A stretch of DNA of 64,000 nt from Eledone cirrhosa (GCA_964016885.1 OZ024742.1:345464001-345528000), one strand, 5' to 3'; positions 13,931 through 27,826 are shown, counted from the first letter of the stretch. Numbers and translations are program-made. Notes: generated by a model not told the origin, from the sequence alone.

Positions 13931-15526
13931 TAGGAGAAATTAAGACCCCGACAGCAGAGCTCAAGTCGTTTCGGCTATTTCTGGACTAAAGTAAGTTTTT
14001 TTTTAGTCTGGTAAATAAATAGCCGAACTTTTCAGGGGATACTTCCTTATATGGGAAGATTGCAGTTGTCAAGAGGATTGGCCAAAATTTGTAGCAGACA
14101 CAGAAAAGTCTATCATGGCAGTGGGTGCGGGGTGGGGTGGCTGAAGTTGCCTGTAGAACGATAGGGGAGTGGGTAGAGCCGGTCAAGCGTTAAAGGTGAA
14201 ATCTACACGCCAAATTCTAAGGAATGTGTGTGAAAGTAGGCCAGAGGGGGTAGGCGAAAAAAGGTTTCTTTAGAAAAAGGAGGAGCGACGCTATAGAATT
14301 GGTAAATCAAATGGGATTAGGGGACAATGAAAAAATATAAAAAAGAATATAATAAAAAAACAGAAATATAATTTTAAAAATGAGAGAAAGATATATCAGA
14401 ATGTAAGATTGGAAAGTGAGAAGTGAAATAAAACAACATCTAAGGAGTCTAACACAGCTGCTATATTTAGTTGGTTCTGCTTTTTCGGCCAATACTATAG
14501 AATGAGTTGCTAGATGAGAATTATTGAAAATTTAGAATTGGGTATTAAAAATTAATACCACATCTCTGGGATCTAACACAGCTGCTATGAATAGTTAGTA
14601 TAGCGTAATCGGCCAATGCTATCTATAAGTTACTGGGGTGGGGGTACTGAGGCTAAAGAGGCCCGACGGGCTGCCTCGGGGTAGGCGAATGGGAAAAAAA
14701 ACAAAAAAAAATCAAAGAAACGAACGAGGAAGAAGATCGGTGGTGGAAAGAAGTGAAAGGAGGAGACAAAGGGAAGAAGAAAACATAGAGGAAAAGAAAA
14801 GAGGCACATCTACCTATATAAGTTAGGGTTTTTCCTATCTTATTCGGCAAGTGGGCTGTTTCAGCCCCAGTCTACTCACCCGGATCGTTAGGGGGTTTGG
14901 AGGGCGAGGTAAGTCTTCCGCAATCTGTGTTTGCATGCAGTTACCAGTTCATATTTTCTGTTTAAGAGTTGATCCTTCGTAAACAGCATTTGTAATGTTT
15001 CTTCCGAGCATAAGTTACACGCACGGCGTCCTCCCGTGTAAGAGTTAGCTCTGGACAGTAAGCTCCTAGTAAGATGGTAAGTTATGTTATTATCTTGGAG
15101 ATCCCAGATATGACCCGAAAGTGTGGTGGCATGTCGCCGGGACGGGTTTCGGAACGTATGTCGGTGTTAGTAAAGCCGGGTCTTAAAGTCACAAGCGGTT
15201 AATCCTATATAAGCATCTGTTGTTGAGGGGGCACGTAGATCTATCAGGGCAGTTACAGCTCCTGGTCGGCTCTCCACTAATTTCTAGGTTGTTGCTTCCA
15301 TAGGAGTTGAGTTTTTTGTTGTTTGAGGAGCTATGTTTTGTGGGAAGTTAGGTGTGGTGCTGTAGGATAGCTTGATAGTGTTTTTGTTGATTATATTGTG
15401 GTAGCGGTGTTGTGGTGGAGGTCTGTCGTCGGGGTCTTACTTTCTCCTGTTACCCACTCTACTACCCTAAATATTGAGTACTCTGGTACGTTATGGTCCA
15501 TCTGGTTCCTTACCACAACTCCTTCG

Positions 15527-15530
<4 letters not shown>
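13931..15530 (-). mobile_element. degenerate 5'-truncated PLE (family A parent) with inverted 5' pseudo-LTR
   Basis: Minus-strand translation near 14990-15150 gives RHATTLSGHIWDLQDNNITYHLTRSLLSRANSYTGGRRACNLCSEE (PLE GIY-YIG C-terminal part). Family A ends lie at 13931-13987 (-) and 15422-15530 (+). Confidence 0.75.
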
Positions 15531-15565
<35 letters not shown>

Positions 15566-15639
15566 CAAAAGGGAAATATATATAATAGAATAAATATGGT
15601 TTTATAAACATAGTTTCCATTTATTTAATATCATTGTAC

Positions 15640-15737
<98 letters not shown>

Positions 15738-15771
15738 TAACAAGTTTTCGTTTTAGGTAATCCGGTTAGGA

Positions 15772-15885
15772 TATTCTGATGATTTGATCAGAGACACAGA
15801 CTGTATTTAAAGTCGAGTGACGCAATTTCGAGTGATCAGCGGCCTTTAGACTCACCTGATCTGATCAATGAAATAATTGTTAATA
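15772..15885 (+). ncRNA. hammerhead-like motif with long stem II inside a short PLE end fragment (15735-15941)
   Basis: TATT-CTGATGA-TTTGATCAGA...TCTGATCAAT-GAAA-TAATTG-TT-AATA. A related sequence lies on the minus strand at ~28040-28240. Confidence 0.6.
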
Positions 15886-15935
15886 CTATAAATAAAACCA
15901 TTTTTGTACAGCCGACCATGTTATACTTCACTCTC

Positions 15936-15970
<35 letters not shown>

Positions 15971-15974
<4 letters not shown>

Positions 15975-16680
15975 GAAAAAAATCGCGAGCTGTGCTGTTG
16001 CATTAGGATATATACAAAAATGAAGAATTAGAAATAGAAGCCAGGACTATCTGTCATCAGTGGTCTACTAGCCATCATAGGTATTTCTTCGCATGACAGA
16101 CTATATACCTCAGGCTAGAGCGATGCAATAACTAAAATAAGTTATTGGGATAAAAAAGAGTTGGGTGGAGAAAGAGAGACAGGTAAACAAACCCGAATGG
16201 CGAGGCAACGTAAAGAGAGGAAAAAATGAGAAAATCAAATCAATAATTCGTTTTGAACATAAGAACGTGCGAATATTGACGAGAGGACGAGAGACACATC
16301 TTGGCCATGCGAATGTTAGCGAGGAAAGAATTTCGTACGGTGTGGGACGATGGAGGAAGTGAGAGAGAGGGTGAGTAGCAGATAGTAAGTAAGTGAAAGT
16401 GTGAGGAGAAAGTGAGTAGCAGAGAGTGAGTGAAAGTGTGAGGAAGAGGCTAGCCGAGAGAGGGTGAGTAGCAAAGGGGGAGAAGGAGAGGGAAGGGGGA
16501 GACCGAAAGAGGATAGCAGTAAGGGAAGAGAAAAAGACAGGTCACAGCGAAGGGGAAAGCATATATGAATGAAAAAATGGCGAGCTTTGTTGTTGCAAAA
16601 AGGATATATATAAAAATCACGGATTAGAAATAGAAGCCAGGCCTATCCGTTATCAGTGGTCTACAAACCATCATAATAGT
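15971..16680. repeat. diverged ~110-bp direct repeats (15971-16080, 16567-16680) around a GA-rich spacer
   Basis: Shared AATGAAAAAA..GCGAGCT..TGTTGCA..GGATATATA..ATTAGAAATAGAAGCCAGG..ATCAGTGGTCTAC. Confidence 0.7.
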
Positions 16681-16955
16681 TCAAAAATAACTAAGATAAC
16701 ATGCATATACTTATATATATTTATATATTTATATATTTATATATTTCGTTTCTGATTTGTTTAGCAAGATTCTTTATCTGAAAACGTGTGTTGAAACCGA
16801 TATTGTTATACTTTGGGCGGGTCATGTTGCCAATAAGAAACACACGCACCAGCTGCTTTCACTTCAATTTATTATAAATTAAATTTATAAATATAGGAAT
16901 TTATAAATTTCCGGTTGGTTGGTTGGTTCCACAACCAGACGATTGTTCATATATT

Positions 16956-16998
16956 GTCAAAGTTCTTTCGTCACACATTCTGTGACCTCTTCAGTGAC
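16956..16998 (-). ncRNA. minimal hammerhead ribozyme
   Basis: GTCA-CTGAAGA-GGTCACA GAATG TGTGAC-GAAA-GAAC-TT-TGAC. Confidence 0.75.
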
Positions 16999-17192
16999 TG
17001 GGGATTCTTTTCTTTGTTTTTGTGCCTCTCCTTTGTTCTGTCCTACGCCATCTTGTTGTGTGTGTTGTGTGCCTAGTTTGCGCATGTGTTACATCCGGGT
17101 GTCTGTGTGTGTTTATATTTGTTTATTTATTTGTTTATTTACATGTTACTGGTTGGTTGGTTGTTCTATGTGTGTGTGTTTTCATTTTGTCC

Positions 17193-17850
17193 TTAATTGT
17201 AAGTTGTGATGTTGTTATTCCATTCATGTTTTCTATTTAATTTTGGTTGGAGTTGATTTATGATTATTGCCTCTGTGATTTGTCTAAACATTGCGTCTTT
17301 TCTGTGTGTAGATTCTATTTTTATTTCTATGTTCTCTAATTTACCCTTATGTTCTATTTTAGCATGTTGGTAGAGTACAGATGATTCTTTACTATCTTGA
17401 AGGTCTCGCCAGTGTTCATTTACCCGTTCTCCTATACTACGAGCTGTCTCACCTATGTATACTATATTCTTATCTCTACATTGTCCTTCAGTAGATCTTA
17501 TGCTATATACTACATTTCTCGTTTTACAGTTAATATGGGGGCTTAGTTTACAGATTATACATTTCTTATCTATACAGGGAGGTCTTTGAAAAGGGTATGT
17601 ATTGCTAATAAGTGTTTTTATGGAGGTACCTGGTCTTTCTACTATCTTAATATTGAGTTTATGTTTATCTAGGGCCCTTCTAAATTTGTAAGCTAATTCA
17701 CCTCTAGGGGTTGTATTGATGAACATTACACTCTGGTATTTATTGCTATCATACCATGAGTTTATTCTATTAACCTTATTCCTAGTTCTTTCTATTCTAT
17801 TCCAAAATTTGCTCCTATACAAGGGGCAGGTCCCATTTGTAATATTATTT
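17193..17850 (-). pseudogene. PLE GIY-YIG endonuclease region
   Basis: VVY...YIG-ET.R...R..EH motifs. The N-terminal ~30 aa of the listed ORF come from the inverted repeat. Confidence 0.85.
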
Positions 17851-17995
17851 ACCATTTGCCAAATGAAAACAGACACACACACATAGAACAAACAGCCAAC
17901 CAGTAACATGTAAATAAACAAATAAATAAACAAATATAAACACAAAGCAACTGGTGCGTGTGTTTCTTATTGGCAACATGACCCTTCCAAAGCAT

Positions 17996-18045
<50 letters not shown>

Positions 18046-18351
18046 CCTAGCTTCCGAAGAAAAGTTTTGTTTCTGTATTTCCCTCACTAAATCAGCCACT
18101 GTATGCAAATGTGCTCCAACAAAGGTTCATCTGGCCACATCTATGTAGATTCTGGTTTATTCCCATGTGTGTGTGCTTAAATCTGATAAAGAAATCCTGG
18201 ATAGTGGTTTGCTAGAATACACCCATACATACACACACAAACACACGCACACACATAAGAACACACACACAAACACACAAATATATTTATATATATATAT
18301 ATATATATATACGATATTAATAAATGGAAACTATATTTATAAAACCATATT

Positions 18352-18416
18352 TATTTCATTATACATATTTCAGGGATACCACATTAAATTATGGTATGCC
18401 TTCATCAGACAAAATA
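18352..18416 (-). ncRNA. hammerhead ribozyme (family B, left arm)
   Basis: Mirror of 24787-24851. Confidence 0.75.
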
Positions 18417-19963
18417 CAATATATAACAGTTTTACAAATAGGTTTGACGTACCCTTTAAAATACAACCATTACTTTTGGAGGCTGTCTGGATAGTGATTT
18501 GTTCATATAATAAGTCATAGTGTTAAGCACAATTAGAAAAAGACGGAGAGAAAGAAAGAGAAAAGAACAAAGACAGAGAGAAAGAAAAGAGAAAGAAAAT
18601 CTGGAGAAATATCGGAGAGAGAGAGAAAAGTATGGAGAAAAGAAGGAGATAGATAAAGATAGGAGGAAATAAAAAAGAAAGAAAAGGAAGGAATAAGAAA
18701 AACAAAGGAATAAGAAAAACAAAGGAAAGCAACAGAGAGATATCAAGTCATCATACAGAAAGAGAAACTCAAGAGAGAGAAATACTATATAGAGAGAGGG
18801 GGACAGTGACGACTTTACGTCATGTCATATTAAGTTAAGTTAACAATTTATATGAAATGAATAATAAAAATATAAATATAAGTATCAATATTCATGAATG
18901 GGACATAGATATATAATATGAGAAATTAAACATTGTTCAATAATGACGTTATGTTTAGTTTAGAAACTTGAGATCAATATACCAAAATCTGAGTTCAAAA
19001 TGTACCCTTGGTATAGAGATTAGTATTTTATGCAAAGACATACAAATACATATGTATATATACATACATATAGATACGCACGTCCTGAAAATAGAAATTA
19101 TGTTTACTCAAGCCAACAATATAGCCATACAAAACGTAAATAATTTCTCTTAATCACTGCTATACACTCATTGTGTTATACAAGTTTCACAGTATATATA
19201 TACAAATATATACGATTAACAATCATGTCCTCATACATACGATTACCATTCATGTGTTTAATATTATGCACATCTGCAACATACCTCTCAACCACATAGA
19301 TATATACACACACATATATACACATACATATGTATAATAAATATTTGCGTGCGTCCTCATGCATCACTCATGTATATATACAGACACATATACAAACACA
19401 AACAATCTATAACACTGTCTATGCATGTTAATACACACATATGCATTTGTATGGAGATAATCCAATATCAATAAATTACCAAAGGGTTATAATTTGTAAA
19501 TATATCTATAACAATACAAATTTAAAATGCAACTATATAGTCAAAAGAAATCTAGAAATATCAAAGCATTAAATATCATTAAAACACTATAGAGTATCTT
19601 AAGTTAAAATAATATGTTTTATATATTTAGTATAGAAATTTATCCTACGTATATCTCAATCAAGATATTGAGAGGGTAGACTTGTGAAGGTTATGAGAAG
19701 CTATCATAATCAAAACAAATAAAAATAATTTGAAAGATTTAAAAAATTTAAAAACCCAATGATTCTACAGATAACCTTATATTTAATATAGAAATTTACC
19801 TTACGTATATTTTATTTAATACATTGGAAGTATAGACATTTTAGAGTAGTTTATTATATCCATGTTTATATTTAGGAAGAAAGTTTAAAAGGAAAAAGGT
19901 GAAGGAATCTAATGGATTATCGACAGGTTCTATTTATTAACTAAAATTACTTAATTAATTATA

Positions 19964-21600
19964 CTACATTTTAAATTTATATTTATATTTAAACGTTGGG
20001 TTCAATCTATGTCTGCAGCAACTGAATAAATTGTTCCTCAGATTAAGGGAATTTTTGGACTTTAATTTAAAGAATATTTCTTCAATACAAAGACCAAAAT
20101 TTTCTGAAGAGGAATTAAAAGGAGTACCCTTGAGATAATATTCCAATTCATCGAATATTTAATATTATCTCGTTTTAGGTCCCATAGTAGGCTAGATAGC
20201 GAAGTTGAAGATTTTTTGTTTGGATCTGTGAAAGGATTCTTATGATTATTGAAGCGAAATTTAAATTCTGTAGAGGTGGAACTAACATAATTAAATTAAT
20301 TTAAATCAGTTTTAACATTACAATTGTACACTACATTTTTAGCTAAGCAGTTGTTACTTAACGGACAGTTAGATTTATTTCTACAGTTACAGTTATTTAA
20401 TTGAATATTGTTTGGGTTATTATTGGTATTTTGGTTAGGTTTTAAATTCTTATTATTAATTCTATTAATATTTTGTGCTAAGATTTTGGTGGACGAGTAA
20501 GTTAATTTTATAGTGTGTCTATTAAAAATTGAGTGATATTTATGTGTTCTAGGGAAGTATGTGTCAAGAGCTTTAAAGAATAGTTTAGCAATAGGGGTTT
20601 TAATATTTAGTGAGAAAGGGGGAGCAAACCATAATATATTTCTAGTTCTATTTCTTTTTCGGCTTTTGGAATTTTTGTAATGATTTCTATTATAGTTGTT
20701 AAAGTTGTTACCGTAATTGAAATTGTTATTATTTTGGTTAGTTTGCTTTTTATTATTATTATCGATGTATTTAATTTTATTTCTATATCCAGCTCTAGCT
20801 AATGCCTCGTTGTAATACTGCGCTTTTTCATCAAATATATGTTTATTAGATGTAATTCTTGACATTCGTTCTTGAACAGAGTTCACTATAGTATTTTTAA
20901 CAGATCTGGGGTGATTAGAGTTAAAGTTGACATAATTCAAGTTCTCATTTAGTTTGTGAAATGGATAATGAAGACATGTGTTGAGGTTTAGTGTTACATC
21001 AAGAAAATTGACTATTCTATGGTTATTCTCTATTTCTATTTTTAGATTAAGGTAATTAAAAAATTGTATAATTTGTTTTCTTTTTCTATTTAGTTCACAG
21101 CTATTATCTTCTATAAGTAAAAGTATGTCATCACGATATAAACCTACGGTTACACCTGGTATTTTTCTACGTAGCGAATTAATTATAAATAGGCCCACAA
21201 GGTCCGTTACCCGAGTTGAGTCTGATGATCCCATAGTTATGTCGAAATTATTATTTCTATCTGCCCTAGTCCAGAGTTGGTTATTAAATTCTACCAATGT
21301 TTTCCTCGCCGATAATATAATGTGCATTTCATTGCTAGTTAGGTCAGTATGTTTAAATGCGTAAGTTAGTGCCTTATTCAGTAGATTAGGAGTGATAAAT
21401 GAATAGTAGTTAGCAATATCCAGTTGAATAAACTTATTATTAGAGTTATTATTAATTTCCTTAAACCAATCAATAACCTCACTAGTCCCTTTCCATAAAT
21501 TTAAGTAAGATAAATTAGGTGAGTTTATAATTTGTTGTATTACCCTGTCTAGAATATTTTTGCTAAGTTTTCCCAGGTCAGATTTGGATGGTGCAATTAA
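19964..21600 (-). pseudogene. PLE RT + GIY-YIG (left arm), disrupted
   Basis: [36 protein letters not shown]...VVY. Premature TAA at 20296. Confidence 0.88.
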
Positions 21601-21623
21601 TCTGACCTGGGAATTAATCTGAC

Positions 21624-23235
21624 TTGGGAAAACTTAGCAAAAATATTCTAGACAGGGTAATACAACACATTATAAACTTACCTAATTTATCTTACTTAAA
21701 TTTATGGAAAGGGACTAGTGAGGTTATTGATTGGTTTAAAGAAATTAAATATAACAATAATAATAAGTTTATTCAACTGGATATTGCTAACTACTATTCA
21801 TCTATCACTCCTAATCTACTGAATAAGGCACTAACTTACGCATTTAAACATACTGACCTAACTAGCAATGAAATGCACATTATATTATCGGCAAGGAAAA
21901 CATTGATAGAATTTAATAACCAACTCTGGACTAGGGCAGATAGAAATAATAATTTCGACATAACTATGGGATCTTCAGACTCAGCTCAGGTAACGGACCT
22001 TGTGGGCCTATTTATAATTAATTTGCTACATAGAAAAATACCAGGTGTAACCGGAGGTTTATATCGTGATGACATGATTTTACTTATAGAAGATAATAGC
22101 TGTGAACTAAATAGAAAAAGAAATCAAATTATACAATTTTTTAATTACCTTAATCTAAAAATAGAAATAGAGAATAACCATAGAATAGTCAATTTTCTTG
22201 ATGTAACACTAAACCTCAACACATGTCTTCATTATCAATTTCACAAACTAAATGAGAACTTGAATTATGTCAACTTTAACTCTAATCACCCCAGATCTGT
22301 TAAAAATACTATAGTGAACTCTGTTCAAGAACGAATGTCAAGAATTTCATCTAATAAAAATATATTTGATGAAAAAGCGCAGTATTACAACAAAGCATTA
22401 GCTAGAGCTGGATATAGAAATAAAATTAAATACATCGATAATAACAATAATAAGCAAACTAACCAAAATAATAACAATTTCAATTACGGTAACAACTTTA
22501 ACAACTATAATAGAAATCATTACAATAATTCCAAAAGCCGAAAAAGAAATAGAACTAGATAGATATTATGGTTTGCTCCCCCTTTCTCACTAAATATTAA
22601 AACCCCTATTGCTAAACTATTCTTTAAAGCTCTTGACACACACTTCCCTAGAACACATAAATATCACTCAATTTTTAATAGACACACTATAAAATTAACT
22701 TACTCGTCCACCAAAAACTTAGAACAAAATCTTAATAGAATTAATAACAGGAATTTAAAACCTAACCAAAATACTAATAATAACCCAAACAATGTTCAAT
22801 TAAATAACTGTAACTGTAGAAATAAATCTAACTGGCCATTAAGTAACAACTGCTTAGCTAAAATGTAGTGTACAATTGTAATGTTAAAACTAATTTAAAT
22901 TCATTTAATTATGTTGGTTCCACCTCTACAGAATTTAAATTTCGCTTCAATAATCATAAGAATTCTTTCACAGATCCAAACAAACAATTTTCAACTTCGC
23001 TATCTAGCCTACCATGGGACCTAAAACGAGATAATATTAAATATTCGATGAATTGGAATATTATCTCAAGGGTACTCCTTTTAATTCCTCTTCAGAAAAT
23101 TGTGATCTTTGTATTGAAGAAATATTCTTTATATTCAAGTCCAAAAATTCCCTTAATCTGAGGAACAATTTATTCAGTTGCTGCAGACATAGATTGAACC
23201 CAACGTTTAAATATAAATATAAATTTAAAATGTAG
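21624..23235 (+). pseudogene. PLE RT + GIY-YIG (right arm), disrupted
   Basis: [50 protein letters not shown] at 22560-22562 and a later frameshift. Confidence 0.9.
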
Positions 23236-24786
23236 TATAATTAATTAAGTAATTTTAGTTAATATATAGAACCTGTCGATAATCCATTAGATTCCTTCAC
23301 CTTTTTCTTTTTAAACTTTCTTCCTAAATATAAACATGGATATAATAAACTACTCTAAAATGTCTATACTTCCAATGTATTAAATAAAATATACGTAAGG
23401 TAAATTTCTATATTAAATATAAGGTTATCTGTAGAATCATTGGGTTTTTAAATTTTTTAAATCTTTCAAATTATTTTTATTTGTTTTGATTATGATAGCT
23501 TCTCATAACCTTCACAAGTCTACCCTCTCAATATCTTGATTGAGATATACGTAGGATAAATTTCTATACTAAATATATAAAACATATTATTTTAACTTAA
23601 GATACTCTATAGTGTTTTAATGATATTTAATGCTTTGATATTTCTAGATTTCTTTTGACTATATAGTTGCATTTTAAATTTGTATTGTTATAGTTATATT
23701 TACAAATTATAACCCTTTGGTAATTTATTGATATTGGATTATCTCCATACAAATGCATATGTGTGTATTAACATGCATAGACAGTGTTATAGATTTTTTG
23801 TGTTTGTATATGTGTCTGTATATATACATGAGTGATGCATGAGGACGCACGCAAATATTTATTATACATATGTATGTGTATATATGTGTGTGTATATATC
23901 TATGTGGTTGAGAGGTATGTTGCAGATGTGCATAATATTAAACACATGAATGGTAATCGTATGTATGAGGACATGATTGTTAATCGTATATATTTGTATA
24001 TATATACTGTGAAACTTGTATAACACAATGAGTGTATAGCAGTGATTAAGAGAAATTATTTACGTTTTGTATGGCTATATTGTTGGCTTGAGTAAACATA
24101 ATTTCTATTTTCAGGACGTGCGTATCTATATGTATGTATATATACATATGTATTTGTATGTCTTTGCATAAAATACTAATCTCTATACCAAGGGTACATT
24201 TTGAACTCAGATTTTGGTATATTGATCTCAAGTTTCTAAACTAAACATAACGTCATTATTGAACAATGTTTAATTTCTCATATTATATATCTATGTCCCA
24301 TTCATGAATATTGATACTTATATTTATATTTTTATTATTCATTTCATATAAATTGTTAACTTAACTTAATATGACATGACGTAAAGTCGTCACTGTCCCC
24401 CTCTCTCTATATAGTATTTCTCTCTCTTGAGTTTCTCTTTCTGTATGATGACTTGATATCTCTCTGTTGCTTTCGTTTGTTTTTCTTATTCCTTTGTTTT
24501 TCTTATTCCTTCCTTTTCTTTCTTTTTTATTTCCTCCTAACTTTATCTATCTCCTTCTTTTCTCCATACTTTTCTCTCTCTCTCCGATATTTCTCCAGGT
24601 TTTCTTTCTCTTTTCTTTCTCTCTCACTGTCTTTGTTCTTTTCTCTTTCTTTCTCTCCGTCTTTTTCTAATTGTGCTTAACACTATGACTTATTATATGA
24701 ACAAATCACTATCCAGACAGCCTCCAAAAGTAATGGTTGTATTTTAAAAGGTACGTCAAACCTATTTGTAAAACTGTTATATATTG

Positions 24787-24851
24787 TATTTTGTCTGATG
24801 AAGGCATACCATAATTTAATGTGGTATCCCTGAAATATGTATAATGAAATA
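24787..24851 (+). ncRNA. hammerhead ribozyme (family B, right arm)
   Basis: TATTTTGT-CTGATGA-AGGCATACCA...TGGTATCCCT-GAAA-TATGTA-TA-ATGAAATA. Confidence 0.78.
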
Positions 24852-24979
24852 AATATGGTTTTATAAATATAGTTTCCATTTATTAATATCGTATATCTAC
24901 TCCAAAAATTTGTCGAGTGCTTTATATTAGTTATAAAAATATTTACTTGTTGTATCCCAACAATTTTAAATAGAACTTT

Positions 24980-25012
<33 letters not shown>

Positions 25013-25015
<3 letters not shown>

Positions 25016-27826
25016 GTATAGGATTATTCTGGATGCAGTAATGGTTAATTACTACACTGGATAGAATTGACGTACGGCGAGAGGTTACTCAACGAGTTAT
25101 GGAAGAATTGTTGAAGAAACTTACTTCCTGATCCTGCTGTATTTCGGAGTGTAGATAAAGAATGAATAATAACAGGTAGACATCATAAAAAGGTAATTTA
25201 TTCTGTGTGCTTACAAATGTTTCCACGGTGGCTATACAGCCTAGTTATGCTATGTGCAAATGTATAACTATTTGCAAAACTCAATTATCAAATGCTGTGA
25301 CCACTATATCATCAGAGCAGAATGGTTAAAATGTACAATGTAAATACCCTTAAGTGAGGTTATTGGGGAAGATAGAGTAGAAAAGGAAGAGAGAAAAGAA
25401 GGGGAGAGGGTGAGAGAGATATGCAGGGTTTGGAGAAATGGGAGAGAGTGGTTTGTAGATATCGTAATCAAAATGTTGTGGTAAGGTTTTTATTATACTG
25501 GTTACTCTTAAAGCGACCACCTTAAGCGATGCGTTGATAGTCAAGGTTGGAATTATTTATTGCCAATAACTAAATTGAAAAAGAAAAGAAAATAGAAATT
25601 AAATTATGGGGCAACACTAGCGAAGAAATTCGCTGGTTTAATAACGTTAAGTACAAGAATAAATCTAAGTTTATACAATTTGACGTAGACGAATACTACT
25701 CTTCAATCTCACCCGGCAATTTACGTAAGGCCCTATCGTTTGATAAAGTCAATTCCGACCTAACGGAGGACGGAATTAATATTATTCTAGAGGCTAGAAA
25801 AACTATTAACATGTTTGATAACTGCTACTGGGAACGTAAGGACAGACCCACAAACTTCGACATTACCATGGGTTCCAACGACTCAGCGGCGGAGATCACC
25901 GATCTTGTGGGAATTTACATAGCCCACATACTACATGGTAAATTTAGTAATCTACAGGGGGGAATATATAGAGATGATGGGCTCTTATTAGTTAATAACT
26001 TAAATAACCAAAATCTTGAAAGGCTACGGAAAAACGTCAGAAAATCTTTTAGTGAACTGGGTCCTAAAAGTAACGTACGAATACAATCTTAAAGTAGTAA
26101 ATTTTCTAGACGTAACTCTTAATTTAAATACCGGACTGATACGACTCTTCCACAAGATAAATGAGAACCTTACCTATATCAATTTTAACTCAAACCACCC
26201 TCTTTCCATGATCAAATCGGTTCCCCGTAGTATTTCTCTTAGAATCTCTCGCCTATCGTCTGACTCTGAGATTTTTAGTGAACATGCTGAATACTATAAT
26301 AATGCATTAAGGAATGCCGACCACCGTGATACAATAGAATACATTGATAATAATCTCCATAACACACATAGCTCGACACGAAATCAAAGAATACGTAACC
26401 GGTGTACAGAAATACAAGCGCACACATGCAGTACCACCATACATACTAATAATAGAAAATCTTCACCAAATAAATCACGTTGTAGAAAGTATATCTGGTA
26501 TAATCCCACTTTTAATGCTTCGATTAGTACAAAACTATCTCTTTCACTCTTTAAGTTAATCAACAAGCATTTCCCTAGTTCCCATTAATACAGTAAAATT
26601 CTGAACTCTAAAACTATTAAACTATCATACTCCACGGCACCAAAGCTTGAAGCATATATAAAAAAAACTTAACTTAAAGCAATTAAACAACACTACAAAA
26701 CAAAATATTTTAATAACAGATGAGCATAACGTAATATCGGCCTCCCAACCACTAAATGGGAGACAGGTATTACACAACCCACCTGTACTATCACAACCTA
26801 TCCATGGTATACGTGCTACCCACAACAAAACTGTAACTGCCACCTACCTGAAAGATGTCCATTGAAGAATAAATGCCTAAAGTCCAACATTGTTTACCAA
26901 TGCACTGTTGAATTGAATCGAACGACCAGAAATGGTATTACATCGGGTCTACCACTACCTCCTGTAAATCTCGCTGGTACCGTCATCGATTCTCAATTAA
27001 ACATCCTGATCACCGTTTTGTGACCACGCTCGCCAACAAGACCTGGCAACTCCGCGAACGCAATCAACAATTCACCTTGAAATGGGATATACTTTCCAGC
27101 GCTAGCGCATATCGGAGTGGATTGAAGTACTGTAGGTTACGTAACCTTGAACTCTTTTACATCTTAAAATCCAAAAATAAATTACTAAATGATAGAATCG
27201 AACGATCATTATACTGCAACCACAAACTGAAGGGTAAATTCTCTCACTATAAAATAACTTAACATTCGAACCCGTAACTATAACATTGCTTTCTAGCTAA
27301 TCACTTTCTCTTCCCCCACACTACAAGACAATACCCTGCTTATCACTATAAATGGAAAAACTTAGTGCAATTTGTAGATTACTACTATGAACTCAATGTA
27401 CACCCACCCCATAGCTTTCATCTGTCCCCTCTCTATCTCTCCCTCTCTATCCATTCCACTCTCTCTCTCTCTCGCCCTAGGTCCACCTCCCTCCCTCTCC
27501 AAATCTATGAACCTGCCCTCTGTGGCAATAAATAATTCCAACCTTGACTATCAACGCATCGCTTAAGGTGGTCGCTTTAAAAGTAACCAGTAGAATAAAA
27601 CCCCTACTACAACATTTTGATTAAGATATCTACAAACCACTCTCTCACATTTCTCCAACCCCTGCATATCTCTCTCTCCCTCTCCCCTTCTTTTCTCTCT
27701 TCCTTTTCTACTCAATCTTCCCCAATAACCCCACTTAAGGGTATTTACATTGTACATTTTAACCATTCTGCTCTGATGATGCAGTGGTCACAGCATTTGA
27801 TACTTGAGTTTTGCAAATAGTTATAA
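25013..27826 (+). mobile_element. 5'-truncated YRDD-type PLE with inverted 5' pseudo-LTR
   Basis: ORF pieces 25811-26092 (FDITMGSNDS, GGIYRDDGL), 26016-26588 (VNFLDVTL, NSNHP) and 27020-27262 (endonuclease end). 25262-25567 is inverted relative to 27524-27826. Confidence 0.88.
25208..25319 (-). ncRNA. hammerhead ribozyme with extended stem II
   Basis: TGCT-CTGATGA-TATAGTGGTCACAGC...GCTGTATAGCCACCGTG-GAAA-CATTTG-TA-AGCA. Confidence 0.7.

Larger units (their letters stand above)
16745..18001 (-). mobile_element. 5'-truncated PLE (GIY-YIG part) with inverted 5' end
   Basis: ORF 17193..17945 has CIDKKCIIC, NCKTRNVVYSI, VYIGETARSIGERVNEH and ITEAIII..PKLN. Segment 17855-18001 is an inverted copy of 17105-17190 plus 16800-16860. 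Confidence 0.88.
18310..24982. mobile_element. 6.7-kb head-to-head palindrome of two 5'-truncated PLEs (family B, YRDD type, probably Nematis-like)
   Basis: Arms 18310-~21585 (-) and ~21615-24893 (+) with mirrored ORFs, tail 24894-24982, (TA)n flanks. Confidence 0.93.

Noticed and set aside
22560-22562. Programmed readthrough or selenocysteine between RT and endonuclease
   Set aside because: The stop is TAG, not TGA, and the mirror arm has a sense codon (AAT) here, so it is a mutation.
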